Of a DNA stretch of 64,000 bases, positions 47,515-54,249 are shown piece by piece. How positions within the stretch are numbered: position 1 is the first letter of the stretch; each line of letters begins with the position of its first letter. The notes under the pieces are model-generated. The model saw only the letters and a program-made list of their open reading frames with translations. It made no database searches and had not been told where the DNA came from. The stretch lies in IMG/VR virus record IMGVR_UViG_3300037470_000569, positions 1 through 64,000 of that record. One strand, 5' to 3'. Made by a program: the position numbers and the translations under genes. This stretch comes from a virus. Taxonomy: Duplodnaviria > Caudoviricetes.

Positions 47515-48457
47515 CGAGTGGGGTAGCGGAGCTATCGACGATGGACGGCTTGACAGGTCGATTCGGATCGATCGCTTCCAGCCAGATCAACGCCCGGAGG
47601 AGGTCAAGCTCCTCAGGACCGAGATGCATGACGTCGGTTCCTTCAACCACGAAGGCGTGACTTTGGATGCTCGCACCAGCTCCCAGAACCTCGTCAACAT
47701 AGACACTTCCGGGCTTGCTACTGATGATGATCTTCTGGGTCATATCGTCTTCCTCCCGTGCGGGTTCGTCGATGTCGTCGGCCGGATGATAAGACCACCG
47801 ACGGAAGTTGGGGTCGTAAATCTGATTGTGGTCGGTGTCTGGAATGACGACGCTACCGTACTCCTGATAGAGGTCCGTGAGATCCGACAGTCGACGATAC
47901 GAACGGTCACCTGCGTTGAATGCGGTGCCACCCGTGCCCTGCCCAGATCCCGATCCACCTGCGGACTGCATGAAGACCTTGACTCGAGGGTCACGCCGAA
48001 ACGCCTCCAGCACCCAGTACGGCCCATAGATCCCAAGTGGTCGACGGTTGGTATCGGCGATTCCCTGGAAGTACTCGCGGATGGCAGGGAGGTCGCTCTC
48101 AAGGGGGAAGCCTGGCTTAGGTCCCGAGCCATCAGGATCGCCGACATCGCCGATCGCACAGATGATCGGTTTATCATCGGGCCACCTCAGGTAGTTGGCC
48201 CACTGCTCAAAGTAGTTACCGTCCGCTCGTCCCTGAGGTCGACCTCCTCTGGGCCGATCCACCTGCCCACGCTGACCAAGCAGCGCCACCCGCACTCCAG
48301 CATCGAAGAGGTCATGCAGTTCACCCTTACCTAGGCCCTTCCAGTCATCGCCAAGGTACCGCAGGACAACGTCGTAGCCCCGGTCTCGGATGAGCTGAGG
48401 GCTCGGTCGCGCTCCGCTGTAGTCAAGCGCCTGACCGACAATCGGTCGGGTGGCCAT
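47468..48457 (-). CDS. DUF1906 (GH25-like TIM barrel) peptidoglycan hydrolase, putative endolysin
   Basis: LDYS.ARPSP..IRDRGY..VLRYL…KGL.K.E…AGVRVALL; GIYGPYWV; D.N motif. Confidence 0.8.
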   Translation of the reverse strand: MATRPIVGQALDYSGARPSPQLIRDRGYDVVLRYLGDDWKGLGKGELHDLFDAGVRVALLGQRGQVDRPRGGRPQGRADGNYFEQWANYLRWPDDKPIICAIGDVGDPDGSGPKPGFPLESDLPAIREYFQGIADTNRRPLGIYGPYWVLEAFRRDPRVKVFMQSAGGSGSGQGTGGTAFNAGDRSYRRLSDLTDLYQEYGSVVIPDTDHNQIYDPNFRRWSYHPADDIDEPAREEDDMTQKIIISSKPGSVYVDEVLGAGASIQSHAFVVEGTDVMHLGPEELDLLRALIWLEAIDPNRPVKPSIVDSSATPLDDVWFTTGHRFKPRP

Positions 48458-48775
48458 ACGCGGCTCCTCTCACTTAGTCACGAGCGAATACTACCAGTGA
48501 AATGCGCATGACGACAATCGTGACGAGGGGCGCCACGGCTGTGGACGTGACGCCCCTCGCGCAAAGTGAGGCAACCACTCATCATGCTCGCAACCTTGGG
48601 AACACGCACTCACCCGCCTTCCCCGACCGGATCATGCAGTTCAACCGACAGTGTGAGACATTGACGACAAAGACCACTCACACGAACCGACCTCAGGCTC
48701 GCCTAGTGAAGGGGAGTGACCCGTGATCGGTCCGCGGTAGCAGCGAGGCGTAGAAGCACTCGATCTGAAACCTTA

Positions 48776-48922
48776 TCAGGTCTGCTTCGCCCGATTCAGG
48801 ACCTGTTCTGCGTTCTCGATTGCAGGACGATCATTGTGATGTTGATACTGAGGATCACCTACGATTCCGAGCATATCTCGAAGAGCATCTTCAAGCTCTT
48901 CAATTCGTTCCTTGTCAGACAT
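48776..48922 (-). CDS. small hypothetical protein (48 aa)
   Basis: MSDKERIEELEDALRDML, a common phage pattern; 3' part of track ORF 48776-49090. Confidence 0.55.
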   Translation of the reverse strand: MSDKERIEELEDALRDMLGIVGDPQYQHHNDRPAIENAEQVLNRAKQT

Positions 48923-49694
48923 CATCATTCCCTTTGGTGCGAATCCACAACCGACCTTGACGTTCGATGAGACCATCCCGATTGAGTCGCCACATCGAGT
49001 TGTACACGCTCTTACCGGGGTATTCCTCACCATAGACTCGCAGGTAAGCAACCTCGATTTCGGCCCGCGTGATACCAGGATCATGATCATGATTAGTCAG
49101 AAGGTGAAGCACACGCTCATCCAGTTCATTCGTGGTCGTGGTCTTAGGTTTGACCTCTTCGGTCTCCAGTGCCGCCACCGGAAGCTGACGCTCCTGGTAT
49201 GTGAATGGAACAACCATGACCTGTGCACCTACGCGCTTCCACCCAGGATGCGGTGTCGTCCCGGTGTCGATGATCTCCAATTCGCGGATGGCCTTCGAGT
49301 AGCGCCCGTGATACTTATTCACACGTGGCGCAAGCAGCAATTCAGCTCCTGGATACGCCTGGGCGAATGCCGCATCGAGGACCTCCCAGAACTCCGCACC
49401 ATGTGAGATGTTCTTCTCGGGGTAACGGTAGTACGTCTCCACGTGAGCGAGTTCGTGGATGAGCGTCTCATAGACGTCGTAGCGAGTCTGCACCGAGTGC
49501 AGATTGATCTTGATGCGGTTCATCGCCTGCCACGCTGAACCCAATCGGCGAGGGCGCTTTGTGAAGATGGCGATGTCCAGTCGAGGCGGATTGATCCGCA
49601 GCTTCGGACTCCAGCACTCCAGCTTACACAACCGGCGGTACTCCGCACGGACATCCAGTCCGTCGTGCACCACGTGCTTCGTCGACATACTCAC
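48915..49694 (-). CDS. SprT-like zinc metalloprotease domain protein with C-terminal winged helix
   Basis: ETLIHELAH (HExxH) followed by SHGAEFW; C-terminal wHTH-like region (SVYNSMWRLNRDGLIER). Confidence 0.75.
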   Translation of the reverse strand: MSMSTKHVVHDGLDVRAEYRRLCKLECWSPKLRINPPRLDIAIFTKRPRRLGSAWQAMNRIKINLHSVQTRYDVYETLIHELAHVETYYRYPEKNISHGAEFWEVLDAAFAQAYPGAELLLAPRVNKYHGRYSKAIRELEIIDTGTTPHPGWKRVGAQVMVVPFTYQERQLPVAALETEEVKPKTTTTNELDERVLHLLTNHDHDPGITRAEIEVAYLRVYGEEYPGKSVYNSMWRLNRDGLIERQGRLWIRTKGNDDV

Positions 49695-50146
49695 TTCAAC
49701 CGCTCCGCTCGCCAGAGGTTCCCATCGGCATCGACGATCACCACGGCACTGCGGCCGACCATGCCGACCTCGGTGAAGCGACGCTTCGTCACAGGCTCGA
49801 GCTCAGCGACAGGCTCGCCGTCACGGGCGCTGGCAAACTCACCAACAAGCCGCGTCCCGAACTGACGTATGGTCACATCGGCAGGACGTGACTTCGGTTT
49901 CGACACAACAGCACGAGCGGGCGGGTCGTAGCGGTACACACCCCGTGCGACTCTCGTGAATCCCGGCATGACGTTGTTCTCAAGAAGCCGATTCAGTGCA
50001 CTAGCTGTCACACCTCGACCTCGACCCAGGCTTTCGGAAGCCTCACTGAGAGTGAACGTCTCACCCACGTGATCGCGAAGCCATACCACAAGTTTCTGCT
50101 GGATGGGGAACCGTTGCCGCTCCTCATCACTTGGCGTCGAAACCAT
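49691..50146 (-). CDS. winged-helix DNA-binding protein
   Basis: TFTLSEASESLG…VTASALNRL…RVARGVYRY. Confidence 0.7.
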   Translation of the reverse strand: MVSTPSDEERQRFPIQQKLVVWLRDHVGETFTLSEASESLGRGRGVTASALNRLLENNVMPGFTRVARGVYRYDPPARAVVSKPKSRPADVTIRQFGTRLVGEFASARDGEPVAELEPVTKRRFTEVGMVGRSAVVIVDADGNLWRAERLK

Positions 50147-50180
50147 AATGTCTCACTTTCGCATCTAAGTTGTTGAGTTC

Positions 50181-50209
50181 ATTCTATCACAAGTGATGAC
50201 CTGAGTCAA
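50181..50209 (-). promoter_or_regulatory. sigma70-type early promoter (family copy)
   Basis: Minus strand TTGACT-17 bp-TAGAAT. Confidence 0.85.
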
Positions 50210-50493
50210 TCCTCGATGAGCTCGGGCTCGACGTCCCGTGTCTTCCACGTGAGTGTCTTACCCTCATCGTCCTTCTCATTGGGAACCTGCTCACGCTCAA
50301 TCTCCCACTCACCAAGGTCGAGGGAATACTTCTGCCCCCACCCTGCACACTGCGCGCAGACGCCCCCAGGCAGCTTATCGTAAGCGGCTTCGATAGCTGC
50401 TTCCTGCTCATCATATGGACTCTCACCGTCGGGAACCTCAACCTCGACAGAAAACGATGCACCCGTCTCGAAGTGAACGCGATACTTCTTCAT
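50206..50493 (-). CDS. hypothetical protein (95 aa)
   Basis: AAGAGGA ribosome-binding site; KYRVHFETGAS…CAQC pattern. Confidence 0.75.
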   Translation of the reverse strand: MKKYRVHFETGASFSVEVEVPDGESPYDEQEAAIEAAYDKLPGGVCAQCAGWGQKYSLDLGEWEIEREQVPNEKDDEGKTLTWKTRDVEPELIED

Positions 50494-50658
50494 CTCACTA
50501 TCCTCTTTCTCTCATAGCCCACGATTCTTCGAACACGTCGACAACATGTTCGGCGTATGAAGCGCCTAGGACTGCCCAGCCACATCCGCACCCACTGGTG
50601 GAAGTGGCCCAGTGATAGATGATAACCTCCACTAAGCAGCGGCGCATCTCCGGGTCGA

Positions 50659-50907
50659 TCACGTCCATGCGATCGTGCAGACCCCTCGGTCCTCGACCCG
50701 TGGGAAGTCATATGAACGCAGCAACTCCACGAGTCCGGGCCGCGCGGTCATGACCTTCACGACGACGCGGTCCTCCCAGGTCAATGAGCCGTAACACGTG
50801 ACATCACCGACACCCTCGTCAACGAGCATGTCAGCGACGTCATCGGCAACAACCTGTGCCGCAGTAAGCCGGCGGTGGTGTAAGACGCGGTATTGGGCGC
50901 GGTTCAC
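50659..50907 (-). CDS. hypothetical protein (82 aa)
   Basis: GTGA coupling in an early-gene run. Confidence 0.55.
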   Translation of the reverse strand: MNRAQYRVLHHRRLTAAQVVADDVADMLVDEGVGDVTCYGSLTWEDRVVVKVMTARPGLVELLRSYDFPRVEDRGVCTIAWT

Positions 50908-51101
50908 TTCGAGCTCCAGTCAATGTCGGACCTCTTCGGGACACTCATCCCGAGCGTGGCGACGATATAGCCGACCTCCCGGCGCAGTTCATACACGAGC
51001 GCGTACGCCTGGGGGTCATTCGCACGCAGGCGTTGGATGATGTCCTTCTGGATGATCACCAGCTCCTCGAGCCGATCCGCCGCTTTCTCAGCCTTCGTCA
51101 T
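50904..51101 (-). CDS. hypothetical protein (65 aa)
   Basis: ATGA coupling; GAGGA upstream. Confidence 0.6.
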   Translation of the reverse strand: MTKAEKAADRLEELVIIQKDIIQRLRANDPQAYALVYELRREVGYIVATLGMSVPKRSDIDWSSK

Positions 51102-51304
51102 CGGTAGTATCCTCTCATCTCGAAGTGGTGCTCCGCAGCAGCCTCGGCGCGAGCCCCCGCCTCCGCCTCGAACAACTGCTCATCCTCAAACTTGAGGAGG
51201 AGCACGCTGTGCTCAACTGGCGTGACGATGTCAACCGCGTGGCCGTTGTGATCCAGTAACGCGATGTTGCCACTGGAAAGCACCCGATAAGCAAACGGAT
51301 CCAT
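51098..51304 (-). CDS. hypothetical protein (68 aa)
   Basis: Start MDPFAY coupled by TGATG to the upstream ORF (track ORF starts at 51388). Confidence 0.55.
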   Translation of the reverse strand: MDPFAYRVLSSGNIALLDHNGHAVDIVTPVEHSVLLLKFEDEQLFEAEAGARAEAAAEHHFEMRGYYR

Positions 51305-51456
51305 CAGCGAGCACCCCCGCGAGCGGCGAGGCGGATAGCGACGTGGAAGGGACCAGGAGCGAGCTTGCGCTCCAGGAGGGTGTCCCACAGGATGTTCCAG
51401 ACGCTCTCATCACAGGTAGCGACCCCGGGGACCTGCAGGTCGTAACGATTCTCCAT
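51304..51456 (-). CDS. hypothetical protein (50 aa, not in the track)
   Basis: First ORF after the promoter; AAGGAG ribosome-binding site; MENRYDLQVPGVATCDES…. Confidence 0.55.
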   Translation of the reverse strand: MENRYDLQVPGVATCDESVWNILWDTLLERKLAPGPFHVAIRLAARGGAR

Positions 51457-51495
51457 GTCGAACTCCTTCGTTGCCTTGATTAACCTTCTAAGTAC

Positions 51496-51524
51496 ATTCT
51501 AACAGGAATGATGACCTAAAGCAA
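51496..51524 (-). promoter_or_regulatory. sigma70-type early promoter (family copy)
   Basis: Minus strand TTGCTT-17 bp-TAGAAT followed by GTACTTAGAAGGTT. Confidence 0.8.
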
Positions 51525-52404
51525 ACGTCTTCCCGAGAGAAACCGCCTGCTGAGCGTACTCGAGCTTCCGCCTCCAGCGCTCGGGCACCGCATCCTCGCC
51601 GTCCCGAGCTCCAAGCAGACCGCCTGCGATCGCAGCGGTGGTGTCGGCATCATCACCCTGGTTGACGATCTTGATGAGCAGATTCTCTAGGGAGTCGTCC
51701 TGGCATATCGCCCAGGCAGCGACCGTGAGCGAATCCAGAACATACCCACTGAAGCGCAACTGTGCGAATCGCAGCTTAGGCGCTTTTCGCAACACCTCCT
51801 CGACATGTGTCCCTTGGGGAAAGAGCGTGCGAACACGCCTCACAGTGATTGCTAGATCATCACCTCGAACGAGTGCGGCCGTGAGATGCGCGTAAGCGAT
51901 GCAGGAATCCTCGCATCGAGGATCCGTGTGCGTGATGCCACTGACGACCCGCGCTCGCAGCGTGCGAGCTCCAGGTGCTAGCGAGATCAGGCCCGTCGGC
52001 AGCGAGCACATGAGCGAACCATTGCCGACCGATGTCTTCGTAGCGACCGCCGCTCCTGAAAGCGTCGGGTCGCCGAACTCGGCGTAGTGCTTTAGTGCCC
52101 GCTGGGTCGTGCCGCCAACGTCCTTGGGTTCAGCATCCAGCCACGCGAGGTACGCATCCGCGAGACGCTTCAGCGAGTATCCTCGCCTACAGACCCTGGC
52201 GTAAGTGAACATCAGGTCCGAGTCGTCGGTGCCCTGGCCGGGTCGCCAGTTCAGCACACCACCACCGGTGATGTTCCGGTGAACGCCATATGTTTTCCGA
52301 ACGTTCTTCGGTGACATGAATTCCGTCGTTGCGCCTAGTGCGTCTCCGGCCGCGAAACCGAGGAGCGCGCCAGCGATGCGCGAGTCTCGTGTGATCCTTT
52401 TCAT
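51499..52404 (-). CDS. ADP-ribosylglycohydrolase (ARH/DraG family)
   Basis: GALLGFAAGDALGA, GTDDSD, GNGSLM, ITH.DPRC, GDDADTTAAIAGGLLGA. Confidence 0.95.
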   Translation of the reverse strand: MKRITRDSRIAGALLGFAAGDALGATTEFMSPKNVRKTYGVHRNITGGGVLNWRPGQGTDDSDLMFTYARVCRRGYSLKRLADAYLAWLDAEPKDVGGTTQRALKHYAEFGDPTLSGAAVATKTSVGNGSLMCSLPTGLISLAPGARTLRARVVSGITHTDPRCEDSCIAYAHLTAALVRGDDLAITVRRVRTLFPQGTHVEEVLRKAPKLRFAQLRFSGYVLDSLTVAAWAICQDDSLENLLIKIVNQGDDADTTAAIAGGLLGARDGEDAVPERWRRKLEYAQQAVSLGKTFALGHHSC

Positions 52405-52434
52405 TAGTCTGTCCTCATCTAACTTGTTAAGAAC

Positions 52435-52463
52435 ATTCTATCAGGAATGATGACACGAGTCAA
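52435..52463 (-). promoter_or_regulatory. sigma70-type early promoter driving the ARH gene (family copy)
   Basis: Minus strand TTGACT-17 bp-TAGAAT followed by GTTCTTAACAAGTTAG. Confidence 0.85.
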
Positions 52464-52489
52464 CAACCTCCTGAGAATCTTTCCTCACG

Positions 52490-52592
52490 TGGACCTGCAG
52501 GGAATCGAACCCCGTGATCTTCCCAACCTCACGTCACGTACGTCACGCGAACGACGCTCGCCCCAGCAGGGAATCAGGACCTACCTAGGCCC
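52490..52592 (-). ncRNA. 103-nt tRNA-like RNA resembling the tmRNA tRNA-like domain
   Basis: Acceptor GGGCCTA/CAGGTCC-A with G3-U70 and A73; T arm CGGGG-TTCGATT-CCCTG; no canonical D stem; TTCCC/GGGAA helix. Confidence 0.6.
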
Positions 52593-52611
52593 GAGAACCT
52601 TCGTCAGTCTT

Positions 52612-53163
52612 TCACGACCACCGGATGACCCATGAAAGATAACCACATCCAAAGTGGACCGCTCGCTTCTGTCGACCGGTATGACTAGGTGGCCAAGTCT
52701 TGAGACCTAGCCCTTCCCAGCGCCAAATGATGCGTAGCTGAACATCATGTCGTCCGCCAATTCGTATGAAGTGTGCGGTCTTCTTACGACGCACAGTCGG
52801 TGTCGTCGAACCTCTCGGGTCGAGCGCTATGGCTTCCTCCAGCAAGGCGAACGCCTGGGCTCGCTTCGCATCAGCTTCCGCGAGTCGAGCGTCGAGGTTA
52901 TCTCGTTTGTCCCGATACTCGGTGACCGCCTCCAGAGTTGGGGCGACACCATCCCGCTGCGACTGGCCACGCATGAACGCGGGATCCTGCACGGTCGTGA
53001 CGCCACACAACGTCATGGCCATCTCCTCCGCGATGTAGCTGTCCCCAACGGAATCTTCCACCAACACGCCATCCAGGTACAAGGCGGCCCAGTCTCCAGC
53101 ATCATGGATCTCGATGCGCCCACCCACGGTCTCAGCGCCGGGTAGTGGTTGTGTGTTACTCAT
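52612..53163 (-). CDS. hypothetical protein (183 aa)
   Basis: GAGGA ribosome-binding site; DWAALYLDGVLV pattern. Confidence 0.7.
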   Translation of the reverse strand: MSNTQPLPGAETVGGRIEIHDAGDWAALYLDGVLVEDSVGDSYIAEEMAMTLCGVTTVQDPAFMRGQSQRDGVAPTLEAVTEYRDKRDNLDARLAEADAKRAQAFALLEEAIALDPRGSTTPTVRRKKTAHFIRIGGRHDVQLRIIWRWEGLGLKTWPPSHTGRQKRAVHFGCGYLSWVIRWS

Positions 53164-53399
53164 CGATCTTCCTCTCGTTGCATTTCGACCTCGAGTCCCT
53201 CGCGGTCGATGATGAGCTTATCGGTCTTATCTCGCTTCAGAACTGCGTGCACCACCGAACCGGGGTACTCATGCTCGAAGATCTCCAGTGCTCGAAGGAT
53301 TCCCGTCGTGAGAATGTTCACACTGAAGTTCTGATTCCAGCCACCACCTGTGGCATAAGTCTTCCAACGAGTGCCCTGGATTTCATACAGATGAATCAC
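53160..53399 (-). CDS. hypothetical protein (79 aa)
   Basis: Coupled to neighbouring ORFs. Confidence 0.65.
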   Translation of the reverse strand: MIHLYEIQGTRWKTYATGGGWNQNFSVNILTTGILRALEIFEHEYPGSVVHAVLKRDKTDKLIIDREGLEVEMQREEDR

Positions 53400-53574
53400 G
53401 AATCCATCACCTCCGTGATGACGAGGTCGATCTTATGTGCGACCGCCCAGCGCCGCGTGCGCTCGACGAACGCTTCGGTCGTCTGGTGAATCGTGACCTT
53501 GTGCCCGCCGTGATAGCTGAACCTATACCACTGCTTCACGTTTGACCCTCCTCGGTATCTAACTTGTAGTGATC

Positions 53575-53603
53575 ATTCTATCAGGAAGTCGTCGTTGAGT
53601 CTA
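53575..53603 (-). promoter_or_regulatory. sigma70-type early promoter (family copy)
   Basis: Minus strand TAGACT-17 bp-TAGAAT followed by GATCACTACAAGTTAG. Confidence 0.75.
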
Positions 53604-54041
53604 ATCTCACGGTCTCCGACTCGTCCGGCTGAGCCAGCGGAAGATTCGCGCAGTCGTTGCTTCACCGACGCTCTCCATAATGCCAGGTGAAGAACTCATG
53701 CATGAGAACGGTTTGAACATCCACTCTATGAGCAAAGTGCTTGGGTTGCGAACGCTTGTGAGACTTGTGCTGCAGTCATTGCGTATTCAAGATTACCTTT
53801 CTTAAGCATTGCATCAGCCATTTCACTCCATTCTACGGCGCTCGATAGCATCTTCTCAATGTGCTCATTCATCTTCCTTCAACCTCCATTTTCGTCGATT
53901 TAATTCCTGGGTCCTACCGCTGAAAGAGCTCAGCAACGAGGAGAGAGAGCAAAAGTCTATAAGGGGCTCTAGAACATACCAACGTTGTATTCGCAGTGTC
54001 CTGACTAGGGGGACGACGAGACTGCGTATATCTCTCTATTT

Positions 54042-54205
54042 CTTCGTTACTTTGTTACTAAAGACTAGAAATCAATCAGAAAAGACCAGAATACTAATCT
54101 TTTCCTCCTAGCAACGAAGTCAGTAACGAAGTCAGTAACGAAGACATCTCTTCGTTACTCCTCCGAGTCTCACCTCCGGGTTAGCAACGAACCGCTCAAC
54201 GAAGT
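54042..54205. repeat. iteron-like repeat cluster (AGTAACGAAG), candidate replication origin
   Basis: Direct copies at 54122-54131 and 54134-54143, inverted copies at 54042-54051 and 54150-54159, variants at 54111, 54184 and 54196; next to an AT-rich stretch. Confidence 0.65.
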
Positions 54206-54249
54206 TGGTTGCTGGATTTCCGATCGTTTCTTTCAGTCCCTCCACTCGG

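Noticed and set aside
47363-48334. 323-aa plus-strand ORF
   Set aside because: Antisense to the DUF1906 lysin; unlike the intein antisense ORF it has no domain signature or ribosome-binding site
48460-48775. Intergenic region with a GAGGGGCG/CGCCCCTC hairpin upstream of the lysin
   Set aside because: A single hairpin that could be a terminator or leader; not enough structure to call an RNA
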